DNA of 64,000 nucleotides from Cirrosporium novae-zelandiae (lineage: Eukaryota), in contig JAPETS010000056.1 in the NCBI GenBank assembly GCA_026023565.1, forward strand, positions 62,001-126,000. The letters are read 5' to 3'. The notes below the pieces were generated by a model. That model was not told where the DNA came from and made no database searches. It saw only the letters and a program-made list of their open reading frames with translations. The position numbers and the translations under genes were made by a program. Positions 49,550 to 60,967 of the stretch are shown piece by piece. How positions within the stretch are numbered: position 1 is the first letter of the stretch; each line of letters opens with the position of its first letter.

Positions 49550-51544
49550 TTTGTCACATTATTCTCCTCCACTATTGTCAACCTGTTATTGTAGATGTGA
49601 AGGAATTGGGAAGAGGGAAGAGCATACACGACCGAGTAAAAGGGTGGCTAATAAACAGCAAATCACAATAGACGGATGAATCTACATTACAAGTCATGAC
49701 TTTGACTGTCCACATCTCATCCCGATTAAGTACTGTAACCACTAGATCTTTCAATCAATGAGAAAGTGTCACGTTTCTCTAAAGATAGTGCTCAAATCAA
49801 TAGTCAAACTGATGCTAGGTAAGTCGAATAATTAACCCCCGATGCCACCATATCCCCTTTCCAACCCCAGCTCATATCACTCCTACTCCCGCAACTCCCG
49901 TTCCCACCCCAAGTATTTTCCATCCTACCCGCCCGACCGACCGTTCCGACAGGCATATCATGTAACCACGGGAACCTAGCGGCCCTGACGGATATGAGAC
50001 GTGTTTAATTGGTATTTGTTCATTGTTACTTGTTGATTGAGATGGTAATTGGTTGAGAGTAATATAAGACGCGGAGATCCTTGATCGACAAGATTTGAGT
50101 TTATCGGATTCTTGTTTTTAGGGCTTCCCGGCACTACGTAATGAGATGGCAAGGATATTAGATACTTTATGTAAGAAAGGGTATGAAGGGGGGGGGCTAT
50201 GGTATGGTACTTAATTTACAGTTTACAAAGTAAGTGAAATAAAATGAAATGAAAATGAAACAAAAGATTTGGGTTTGGTTTGATTAGATAATTAAATTGA
50301 AAAAGAACGTTCACTTTATTTTACTTTGATATAGATAAGTACTTATAGTATGGGGGTGAAAGTTAAATTCTTTACAGTAGGGGAGGAGGGTTTCGCGTTT
50401 TCGTAGGACATGGTTTTCAATGGGAGATTGCAGGTATCTGTGGGTATAGGGCGTATGTATATATTATGTGTATGTATGCAATTAATTATGATATACATGA
50501 ATTGATATAATTAAAGGAGAGATACCAGGAAAGGAAAAGAAAAAAAATAGATGGTACAGTAAACTATTTATCTATATAGTTTAACCGAGAGTCATTGATG
50601 AAATTAATAGATATTGTGTGATCACTGGATCAAACGTCCACACGGCCAAGGACCAAAAAAAACAAGCCTTAAGATTTTCTCTAGTTTTATTTTATTTTTA
50701 TTTTGTTTTAATTGATCTAGAAAGTAATGGAAAATATTGAAAGGAAGCTAAGGTAAGTCAGTTAGACTAGGTCGTAGTGTTTAGGATATGTGTATGATGG
50801 TTATGTATAATGATTGCAGTTCTGGGAAACTTTGCATCATCTATATTTATAGGTAGACATATATCCATTTCATCGTCATCGTTGTCTTCCTCAATTATAA
50901 ATAACAGATTATATATGGTTCACAAATAGGTCATATTATGATAATGATGATGAAGAGGATGCAAAAATTAATTAAATCTTTCTCATTTCTCAATGATATA
51001 TCCCAAACCCTTCCTTCTTTCCATGTATTTCTCCTTCCCGCCCCCCAATTCCATGTAGAATAAAATCATAAGTATACAATAAGTAAGGAGTTTGGATAAA
51101 AGAAACCAAATCCTTTCCAAAAAAACTATGCCAAATTTTTGTTAAGTTGTCTTTTGAGTCCCCCCCCCCAGTGGAAACAAATGAGAACGACGGGGAAGAC
51201 CCTCAAACTTATGCCCGGGTATCTATGCGCAAACAAAAATCCCCAAAACCCCAAAATGATAATAATACCAACAGCGTAGGACATGATCCTGAAGAAAACT
51301 GATCAAACGTACATCAGCCATCAGCCGTTAACCGAGCTATGCATCCAAAGTAACAATTCCAAACAAAACACGTTCAATAACGGGCCAAGGCAAGAGCCTA
51401 ATTAGTATATATCCTTCAAATATTCTTAAGAAATAAAATTCCAGCACCCCATTCTTCCCAACTCAATCGGGACTCTTTTCTTTTCCTCTTGGTTTGTTTT
51501 CACGCTTCATTCATTCTACAAATCCGTCATCGTAGCAAGCAGCA

Positions 51545-54500
51545 TCATAGCCATAAGGCCCATTTCACCACTCCCACAACCCCCCTTTTCACTCCTCTCA
51601 TCATCTTAACCATCATCACCACCATCCAGACCCACCACATGATACCCAACACCACCCACTCCAACAAGACGAATCCTGCTCTTCTCACCCATCTCAACCT
51701 TCTTCGCCTCCGCCGAGACATTAATTCAATTCCATCATTCAACTGCTTGACCGCCAGGGTTCTAGTTGTTGTCAACTCCGTTGTAAATGCCCCCGCTTCG
51801 TCTGCAAGGGCCCTGACACGTGGGGACAACCCCTCTGAAATACGACCATCGAGTTCACGGCACTGGTCTAATAAAGATGATAAAGCCTCTCGACGAAACT
51901 GTTCGATGGCATCGTGTACTTTTTGATTTGTTTCGTCAATGTCTGAGAGAACTATGCTGGCAGCGAGTTTATGTTCTTGGAAGCGGGGGACAGGGGAAAG
52001 TGGAGCAGCGTTGGATTGTTTTAGGAAAGGAGGTGGCTCGTCAGATACGCTGGTCGCCATCCGGACGACTTGTGCGGCTTTAATTCCGGAGGTGAGGAGG
52101 AGGGCACGAACGCGAGCGGCGTCGCGCCTCGAGACAGGACGGATTTGTTGAGGAACAATATTGGAAATGATAACACTATTAGACTTGGTGCTTGGTTGAC
52201 TTTTATTGGAAATGTCGGTCATGGAAGAGCGGTTTTCGGGTTTTCTAGCAACCGGGTCAAATGCTGCAAGGCCAGTTGTCATCGAGAGGCGAGACGGAGG
52301 CTGAAGACTGGAAGGGTTGAGAGGGCCTCCTTGGATGCGATTTGATTTGCGGTGAGCTTCAGCAATAGCCATATTAAGCTTGCTATCATCGGTAGAGACT
52401 TGATTTCTTAAATTTGATCTGTAATCTGGTGTTGACGCTCCTGTCTCGATGAGTTTGGGTATTCTGGCGGGAGAAGGCGAAGCGCTTCGAATATCGAGTT
52501 TTGGTAAGTCAAGTCTAGTACTAGGCTTGGATCGTCCTCTATTGTCTTCATCAACATTTGCACGTTTGACTGATTGATTACGAGTGGGAATCGGTTGCAA
52601 CTTTGAATCTCCCTTTTTGGCAGAGGATCTGAATGATGGAAGGTGTTTCATATGGTATTTCGGTGCTGGCTCTGCAGTTGTAGCCTTTTTTGACAAGGAT
52701 GGGTCATCGATGGATTTACTCGAGGTGCGCGAGATTTCTTTTGACATGCTTTTTCGTGGCAACCCAGTATTGTCGAGGTCAGAATCATCTGTATGGACGC
52801 TTGCCGCTGGAGAAATCATTGTAGTATCACCTGTTTGTGGAACATCTCTTTTCCATATATAATCTCCTACCTTTGAGACCTCATGGCTAACCATTTCAGC
52901 AATTCTGCCTCCTTTGAAGATACCACGCAATTTGGATGTCGATCGGCTTTTGCCTTTTTTTCGAGGAGGGGGACTGTTCATTCGATATAGTGATGACAAG
53001 GTAGGGTCAAATTTTGCCTTTTCTCTTCGCGAGGAGAAGCTAGTCCTGAAATTGCCAGGTGCCTCAGATGGAACATCCAGGCTAGCACGACGAGAGATCT
53101 CTCGAGAAGCTACATTATCGATTGGGAAGTCACTCATATTCACACCTTCAGCCGCTTTTTTCTTTTCATGTTGCGGTGGACCAATATTGAGATTGGAAAT
53201 TTTCCTTTCAGGGGTTATGCGTTGAGTTCTGGGAGGACTGTGAGGGGGAGAAAGGTTTATTGCTATACCCGGGATATGACTTAAGGTGACGGGAGAGCTT
53301 GGAGCAGTCGTATCGCCCCCTTCTAAAGATGGCCGATGCTTGGAATCATCTTCGATATGTTTAAGCCTATGCTTGACGGTGTTGTGTCTGCTAACATCTA
53401 GAGATTGTCTTGGGGATTTGGTCTTCATGAGGTGGTGCTCGGATCCGCTCGATTCTTTTCGCTCGAGGTTCTGTGGTAGATTGTTGGCGCTAATGGTTTC
53501 AGAGATGATTCGGTCAATTGTCATTCTTTCCTGGGGTTCGGCAGTCTCTCTTTCTTTCTCCAGTAGCTCTAGCATGCGTTTTTCCAAAGCCGCAGTCCCA
53601 AATTCGGAGCGATCATGAGTAGCCATTAGACTTTGATATTGTTTTTTCTTATGTTTGAAACTCCCACCGTCTTCGGAATCAGAAGCGCTAGAAATGCTTC
53701 GTGATCGAGCCAATTTCCCTCTCCAGGTCGGTTTGGTATCCGCCGATCCGCTAGATCTTTGAAGGCTTTGAAGAGAATCCCGAAGTTTCGCTGACTGACG
53801 TATACCATTTCCATCATCCAATTGTAGGGAAAGTCGGCCACCCACTGGTTCAGGAAATTCCATAGACTCTTCCTGAATCATACTTGGGATGTGAGGAGTG
53901 CCAACACCTAGCCCAACAGGTTTACGTTCTGTTGGAATCTTATCTGACAAATTTTTGAAATAAAGAGGTACTTCTGGTGGGTATAATTTGTTACTATCCC
54001 TATCCTCTATTAATCTCTTGTGGCTATCCTGTTCTAGCCAAAATGCATCAGCGAGAAAATCGGCAGGAGAAGTGATCCAATCATTTCGAGGTCTACGTGG
54101 CTTTGGAACACTAAGGGCGGTTGGGGGTCGACTCAATGGTTGCATTAAGGGATCAGTATCCATTTGGTCTGAATCTTCATCGAGATTCTCGCGCAGTGGA
54201 GGAAGTTCGAGGCATTCGCAAGGATCGTTGCTTGGAGGGCCAATTTTTGAAATTGTATGCTCTATCCAACCCTGAACCGCGGTGGGATCATTCCAACCAT
54301 CTGCCTCCGAATTCAGTACATCTCTTTCACGATACCTGACTTTTCGATTACGAATGTATTGTAAAGGATTATAAACTCTTCCCTCTGATTCCCCACCCCG
54401 AGTTTTGGGTCGTGAAGATCCCTTGGCGGCGCTTCTGAGCGGTGGTAAGTGCTCTAGCAATTGCAGATAGGCATAAAAATCGACAAAAAATGCCTTTGCC

Positions 54501-55471
54501 TTTTCCGCTCTTGCGAGTGTAGCTTCAGAGAAGAATTCGGGGCCATGGTCCAGATCGGGGGAATTTGTTGATGTCCCAAGAGCCGAAGGAATGTGGATAG
54601 GGATATTTGGTGAGAGAGCGTTTCTTCTGTTGAGTTTATCACCTAGAGGGGATATATTCCTCGAAATTCTACGTTGTTGCATAAGACTTTGCTTCAGACT
54701 GCCACCTGGGCCTGGTTGGAAACCATCTCGTATGACTGGTGACGATGAGGGACTCGTCGAATAGACGCGTCTACCACCTCCTGCGTCAATGGATGCAAAA
54801 CGAACTCCCCCAAAGCTTCTTTTTCGACTCTCGCTCAAATTTAACGCCAAGCTAACAATCTGGGCAGGATCAACATCAAGCCCAACTGGTCGCTGAGATT
54901 TTTCAAAGTTGGTCGACATCGGCCTTGGCTCTATATCCGAATGTGGGACTGGGGCGGGTTGACGGCTCGGTGAAGAGCGAGATCTTTCATAAGATTTTCG
55001 AGAAGGCTTTTCCAGGCCTGAAGCCCCTGCTGCTGAAAGTGGGATTCCTAGGGATTCCAATTTAGAACGAGTAGTAGGTTTTGATCGTTGCTTGTGTACG
55101 GTGAGATCACCGTCTTCTATTTTTTGTACATTCCTATGATACTCCTCCGAATGGCGAGGCCTCAAATCGGCATTTGTCCGACCAGCGGAAGCAAAGGACG
55201 ACTCAAGCAAGAAACCTCCCGCCTTGGTGGGGTTGTATTTTTTTCTCGACGCGGTGGCGAGCTCCCTTGGATTTGGCCTACCCAGCTGGCCATAGTCCAA
55301 TGAAGTACCCCTTCTTAAACCATTATTTTCACGGTCATAGTTTGACACGGTAGAGTTTAGTTCCCCTTCTCGTGGATCAAGTGCGTCTCGGTGCGCGACT
55401 GGGAAGGCCCTCTGCAAAGGGTTCGTGAAAGACATAATCGGACGTTGTAGGCCATTATGAAGTCCTGACAT
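51545..55471 (-). CDS. Large (1308 aa), mostly low-complexity protein with a C-terminal TM segment, Mtc4-like; no intron seen
   Basis: Conserved-looking block GRVYNPLQYIRNRKVR, C-terminal coiled-coil, RRRRRRLRWVRRAGF and hydrophobic LLEWVVLGIMWWVW; the MTC4 assignment is from recalled motif similarity only. Confidence 0.7.
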   Translation of the reverse strand: MSGLHNGLQRPIMSFTNPLQRAFPVAHRDALDPREGELNSTVSNYDRENNGLRRGTSLDYGQLGRPNPRELATASRKKYNPTKAGGFLLESSFASAGRTNADLRPRHSEEYHRNVQKIEDGDLTVHKQRSKPTTRSKLESLGIPLSAAGASGLEKPSRKSYERSRSSPSRQPAPVPHSDIEPRPMSTNFEKSQRPVGLDVDPAQIVSLALNLSESRKRSFGGVRFASIDAGGGRRVYSTSPSSSPVIRDGFQPGPGGSLKQSLMQQRRISRNISPLGDKLNRRNALSPNIPIHIPSALGTSTNSPDLDHGPEFFSEATLARAEKAKAFFVDFYAYLQLLEHLPPLRSAAKGSSRPKTRGGESEGRVYNPLQYIRNRKVRYRERDVLNSEADGWNDPTAVQGWIEHTISKIGPPSNDPCECLELPPLRENLDEDSDQMDTDPLMQPLSRPPTALSVPKPRRPRNDWITSPADFLADAFWLEQDSHKRLIEDRDSNKLYPPEVPLYFKNLSDKIPTERKPVGLGVGTPHIPSMIQEESMEFPEPVGGRLSLQLDDGNGIRQSAKLRDSLQSLQRSSGSADTKPTWRGKLARSRSISSASDSEDGGSFKHKKKQYQSLMATHDRSEFGTAALEKRMLELLEKERETAEPQERMTIDRIISETISANNLPQNLERKESSGSEHHLMKTKSPRQSLDVSRHNTVKHRLKHIEDDSKHRPSLEGGDTTAPSSPVTLSHIPGIAINLSPPHSPPRTQRITPERKISNLNIGPPQHEKKKAAEGVNMSDFPIDNVASREISRRASLDVPSEAPGNFRTSFSSRREKAKFDPTLSSLYRMNSPPPRKKGKSRSTSKLRGIFKGGRIAEMVSHEVSKVGDYIWKRDVPQTGDTTMISPAASVHTDDSDLDNTGLPRKSMSKEISRTSSKSIDDPSLSKKATTAEPAPKYHMKHLPSFRSSAKKGDSKLQPIPTRNQSVKRANVDEDNRGRSKPSTRLDLPKLDIRSASPSPARIPKLIETGASTPDYRSNLRNQVSTDDSKLNMAIAEAHRKSNRIQGGPLNPSSLQPPSRLSMTTGLAAFDPVARKPENRSSMTDISNKSQPSTKSNSVIISNIVPQQIRPVSRRDAARVRALLLTSGIKAAQVVRMATSVSDEPPPFLKQSNAAPLSPVPRFQEHKLAASIVLSDIDETNQKVHDAIEQFRREALSSLLDQCRELDGRISEGLSPRVRALADEAGAFTTELTTTRTLAVKQLNDGIELMSRRRRRRLRWVRRAGFVLLEWVVLGIMWWVWMVVMMVKMMRGVKRGVVGVVKWALWL

Positions 55472-55937
55472 CGCCAGCGCATTGGGCTCGATGGGATTTC
55501 TGGGAGAAGCAAAGGGATTCAGAGGTTCGCATGAGGGGATTTGGTGATTTCTGTAGGAAGGAATCGTAGCGGTTGGGGTTATGTTGGTTGATGTTGTTTG
55601 CGCATTAATACAGCAGATATCTCATTAAAAGTTTGTATACTACAATTGTAGCAATAAAGAATTGCAAGAATGGGGGGGTTAGGTGGGGGGGGGAGAAAAA
55701 CAGAAATGAAGGTGAGTTTGGGGTTGGGGTTGAGAAATGGGAAGAGGGTTGGTTGGTAAAGATGGGATTGATGGGCAATTTGGAGGTATGAAAATGGCGA
55801 TGATGGCGTCAATAGCGCATGTGAAATGATTCGGCCATTTTTTTGCCCACCTTTTTGTATTTGGGTGCCTTTGGGGTGCCTTTGGGGTGTCTTCTGGTGG
55901 CCTTTGAACTCTTTGGTCGCCTTTTGCTCAGCCTCTA

Positions 55938-55966
55938 GGATACCCTGGGATACCCTGGGATACCCC
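55938..55966. repeat. 10-bp tandem repeat GGATACCCTG x3 upstream of the Mtc4-like gene
   Basis: ggataccctgggataccctgggatacccc, with a further ggatacccc at about 55998. Confidence 0.7.
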
Positions 55967-56736
55967 CACCCCCCCCCCTTGCCCCCTAAGATTCCTAGGA
56001 TACCCCTTGTTTGAAATACCCGAACCCCCTCAGAAACAAGGGTCCAAGACGTCCAAGCACAAATGATCATTAACTTAACAGATCATCTCTTTATCATCTC
56101 TTAACCGTCAATCATCTACGACCACGATAGACGCCTCTACTTTGTATCACACAAACTAGGGGAAATCAACCAAAGCATGAAAAACCAAGAAATTCGAAAA
56201 AAAGAGATAACACCAACAACCATCAGAGGTTCAGTACATGTACCCTGAGTAATTAATTACTTATAATTATGCTCTAGGGAATAATACTTTAATAAAATGC
56301 ATGCTTATTCTGCAATGCAGCATTGGCCCATGTGGCGGCGGTTGTACCCGTTCTATTTTTTGCTAATTCAAAGGTTAGGACGTAGGTTAGGAAGTAGACT
56401 TTAGGAAGTTGACTGTCGTCTAGTACATGTACTGTACATGTACTGTACATCCGTACACACTTATTCACACACACCCCCAAAAACATTCTTTTTCTTTTCT
56501 GTACTTACACGCCTCCGAAAAAGCTAAAGGCCTGTTAAGTAGCGGATTAATAGCGGCAACAGTTCATGGTGAATTAATCGAAAAAAATAATAATAATACC
56601 CAAATATGCGGTGGGGTCCGATGGAATTTGATCAATTCTTCAACTCGTTGGACGGGCGGTGAAGAAAACTTTCCTCTTTCACCACCATCGTTGAATGCTT
56701 AGAGTCCTACTACCGACAAGTAGTTCTTCATCATCC

Positions 56737-58864
56737 TTAATCCACCCGAAGACTTTGTAGACGTGCCTCGGTTGAAATCACCTAGATCCCAAATAAGTCA
56801 GAAGCATGCTCATAAAGTATTCTGCCAATTGCCAAGACACCAAAGAAACCAAGTCAACTTACGTCCAATGCTTGTTGTACTTCCAACACCCTGCGCACGT
56901 CCTTAAGCCAATCTTTGCTAAGGGTTTTGGCCCAACCTTGAAGACCATTCATCTCCCTAGCCGCCTCATCAAAGTTGCCCTCTTCCAGATAAGTTTCGGT
57001 TCGGGTGAGGATACTCTCGACATCATCCCCGACGGCTAAACCACTCTTGCGGAACAAGAGCTTGCTTAACACAAAACTGGCCGCATGACTTGCCACTCCT
57101 GCATCCTCTGGCAACAATGATGCTTTTCGAACCTCCGAGGCAACGCGTCGGAATCGGTCAATAAGTTGAGGCCCGGTTGGTATTCCATGCTGATATGCCG
57201 TCGGGTTAATAGATGCAATCGCTGCATTTACCACCGCGTCATCTTCAGCTATCTCTTTGAGAGCAGCCAGCTCACGAACAAACGGCTTGGGTCGATCAGC
57301 GTGTTCGAGGGTTGAACGAACAGCATCAACAGCAACCTGCAGATGTTGCGTCTTAAGATTGGTGTCAATCACTCCGTTCCATCCATCCGCAAGTTTCTCG
57401 AGATCCGTCAGGTTGGATGAGAGTTCAGATAATTTGCTGAGACGGCCGTTTCGCTCCGTTTCCACACGCTCTTTGATTTCTTCCATGAATTTGCGTTTCA
57501 TATCCACAGCTTGCTCTAGTAGTGCGTTTTGTAACCTTCTTTCTGCCACTTCTTTTTCACGTTCGACCTCGGTCCTTAGCCTTTCTGCATATGATCGAGT
57601 AATTTTCTCTCGTTCTGCTTCGAATTCCTCCCTAAACCGTAGCTCGTCTTCCCTTTGTACCTCCTCCACCTTTCGTACCAGCTCCCTGGCTGCGTCCTCG
57701 AATTCAGCACGTTGACTGCGTAGTTTCCCCTCTGCTGCCTGTACTTCGGATTTCTTTAGATCAAGAATTCTTTTGCCAATGGCAGCGAGATCATCTTTAG
57801 CCTTGTTCATAGATGTGGCATATTTATCGGCGGCGTTATCTGCATTGACCACAGTAATGAGGCCATTGATAACCTTGACAAGGTCTTGAATAAGGGGTTC
57901 ATCAGTCTCCTTGGTCTCAAGCGGATCTATGTGGGTAGTAGTAGGTATCAAGGCTTTCCTATCATCAACCGGAGGAGAGGGTTTGGGTTTTTCAGGTTCG
58001 GAAGTACCCTTCTTAGCAGCCTTTGTCGTAGGTGGTGCACTGCCCTTTTTAGGTTTCTGTACTGCTTTATCCTTTCCTCTGGCATCTTCAGGAGATTGAT
58101 TAGCGTCCAAGGCATTCATATGTCTTCCTTTTCCTGTGATTTCAGAACCTTTACTGCCTTCATCCGCAACGCGCCACGAGATTCCACTTTTGCTAGGAAT
58201 TGTAACCTTTCTCTCATCTCTATCCGTGGTTGGCCTGGGCGCCATCCGAGAATTTGGGAATTTGCGATGGAATTCCTTTTCCTCGAAATAGAGCACGGCA
58301 TCTTCACCCCCAGGCACAAATTCCGTAAAAAAGTCGTGGAAGTTATCGGACCGCAAAGCATACCATATACCACCTCCATAGCCTAGTCCCGTAAGAAGTA
58401 TCAACGTAAGTAGAAAGCGCCGGAATCGGCGCTTTTTCTTGGGCTTAATGGGCGGTTGGGGAGGTGGTCGAGGGGTCGAACGCGATGCACGTGGTATAGA
58501 CGATGGCGGGGAGGTCTGAGTCTTCCCTCCAGGAGGAGGAGGAGGAGTCAAGGGAACATTCTCTGGAGGGATGGTGGTGTCGGACGAAGGGGTGGCGACC
58601 GAACCTGGTGGAGGTGGTGCTGGAGGATGTGGTGTTTTACTCTGCGATCCTGGCAAGACTGGTGGTTCTGAACTTCTGATACTTGGCTTGTTATCGGCAT
58701 AGAATCTCTAGCATCAGGTATTAGCCTTGGATATGTTAAAGTGAACTTTTCGGAGCTACCTGGCCAACTGTCAACTGTGATCTTCCCGGCCATTGGACAT
58801 TTGTTCTGCGCACAATTGGCCCACGAAGATGCCATTTGACGGGCTGTAGAGATGCACGCAGCAT
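56737..58864 (-). CDS. MIC60: MICOS subunit Mic60 (mitofilin), two introns
   Basis: Presequence-like MLRASLQP...RFYADN, TM after KKKRRFRR, DNFHDFFTEFVP, long coiled-coil, C-terminal GDDVESILTR...AAREMNGLQGW..LSKDWL...LEVQQALD|VISTEARL. Confidence 0.93.
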
Positions 58865-59377
58865 GGCTGGCTGCTGTGCGTGTCGTAATGAATGATAAGA
58901 AGGAGTGGAGTTTTATGAGGTTGTATGTCGTCGCGGTTCAGCCCGGACCAGAGAAAAGTTGACGGAAGCTTCCTGAGTGTTGTTCCTGGACTGAGGGCTT
59001 GGCTTGGCGTTTGATTATCATCAATCCCGAACAAAAAAAAACATGACAAAATTGAGATATTGGCAATAATCTAATAGAAGCCTTGACTATATTGAATTTC
59101 TCTTGATTCCATATTTCATAAACTATCTACAAATTCCCGCTGAATATGGTGCTGAGGCAACATACATAACCATGGCGGTAATTAGACCAGGCATCACACC
59201 CAGAGAACCAGAACCCTCAGCACTACTTGACTCAAAACGATAGAACACGAGATGGGTTGCATATTAGGTATTCTATACTCAAGATGCGACCAAGGCAGCC
59301 GTAGTCTCAGTTAAATCAACTCCTCAACGCCTTACAGTAGTCCCTGATGCCGGTAGTCCTTCCCATTCTTATCCTGT

Positions 59378-60269
59378 TTAGCAGTTGCAGGCACCTGCTC
59401 CTTGTGTGCCTGGTGCCTCTGGTCGCAAGTTGACCCCTGATCGTGGATTGGCCCTTAGATTTCTAGGGCCCGCTTGATCAAGTGGAAGCTTCTTAGCAAT
59501 AGCTGTGAACAACTCGCGAACATTCTCTGCTGTTTTTGCCGAAGTCTCGAAGAATAGCAGTCCAGCTTCTCTAGCGTATGCCTGGGCATCTTCCGTCGAG
59601 ATGGCTCGCTTATCTGGATGGTCTGTAACCAGATCGAGTTTGTTGCCAGCCAAAGCAATAATGATGTTCTCATTTGCTTGTCGTTGAAGCTCCTTCACCC
59701 ATGCCTTTGCCTTATCAAGGGAAGACTATCAAGCCATTCGCATCAGCATTCTATCCAACAATTCCTGACAACCCAAAATACTCACAGCTTGTGTAATATC
59801 ATAAACGACGACTGCGCAGTTTGCATTTCGGTAGTACATGGGTGCGAGGGATTTATATCTCTCTTGACCAGCAGTATCCCATATCTCGAACTTGACGGTG
59901 GTATTCTCATCTAAGGAAATTGTTTGGGTAAGGAAAGCGGCGCCAATAGTAGATTCTCGATAGTCATCGAATTGATCCTAGAGACCGTTCAGTGCATGCT
60001 CGCTAAATAGCGCGTACGATAAGAGAGCCATAAAGCGAACCTTGACGAAGCGTAGAACAAGAGAACTCTAGTTGTATATATTAGAACATTACCTTCTGAA
60101 GGCATAGAGCATGTAACCTACTTTTCCGACAGCCGACTCGCCTAGGTGTCTGTCAGTAAATGTTTGGATAGCTCAAGATCTAGTGGGGGAATAATTTACC
60201 GAGCAGGACGAGTTTGAATTGGGCAAATCTGGCACCTGGACGGCTACCTGTTGATACTCTGGCGGACAT
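59378..60269 (-). CDS. Rab5-family GTPase, Ypt52/RabB-like; four introns with two very short exons
   Basis: [69 protein letters not shown]-terminal CNC prenylation motif. Confidence 0.95.
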
Positions 60270-60637
60270 GATGGATAGATGAGGGATCGGATTTCAAGAA
60301 GGTGAAGAAGTCAACAAGTTCAAGGAGGGGCTCTCAAGCGGGTTATCAAAGGAAATTTAAAGCTCAGGTGGATTTATAGTTCCAGGCAATGAAGTTAAAA
60401 TGAGAGAGGTATTTTAGATGGTAGGAAGGTGTATGGAAGGTGGAGGGGGGGGGATTTGTTCGTTGAGAATGTTTGAGGATTGTAGTGACGGTCAGGTCTG
60501 ATCTTTGGGGTAGTTGGCAGAACAAGGCAGTGACGGAGAGGCTCAGAGCATTTCATTTTCGGGCTTTGGGGTTTTGATGGTTTGATTGTTTTTAACAGCC
60601 ACAAATCATAGCGACACCAGCCACTAATTCCAACCTA

Positions 60638-60682
60638 CAAATCAGGCAAATCAGGCAAATCAAGCAAATCAAGCAAATCAGT
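60638..60682. repeat. 9-bp tandem repeat CAAATCA(G/A)G x5 in the Rab5/SAC1 divergent intergenic region
   Basis: caaatcagg caaatcagg caaatcaag caaatcaag caaatcagt. Confidence 0.85.
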
Positions 60683-60967
60683 CAATGCATCTTTAGCAGC
60701 TTCCGAGGCGTCAACTCCGTGGCATCTTTTGCACTTTCTATTGTAACCTGGTGGTTAATATTCTCTCTGATAATCATACTTTTATACTTTCCCTTACCCT
60801 TTTTTACTCTTTCAACCCACACAATTATGGGATAAGATTGTACTATTTTATTAAAAGAGAATTAATAATCTTCTTCTTCTTTTCACCTTCTCCTTCTTCT
60901 ACTCCTACTACTACTGCTAACTCCTTTACTTTAACTACTTTACCAACTTGACTTCTCTCCTTTCCTC

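Noticed and set aside
60638..60682. CRISPR-like array
   Set aside because: Eukaryotic DNA; the repeats are contiguous 9-mers without spacers.
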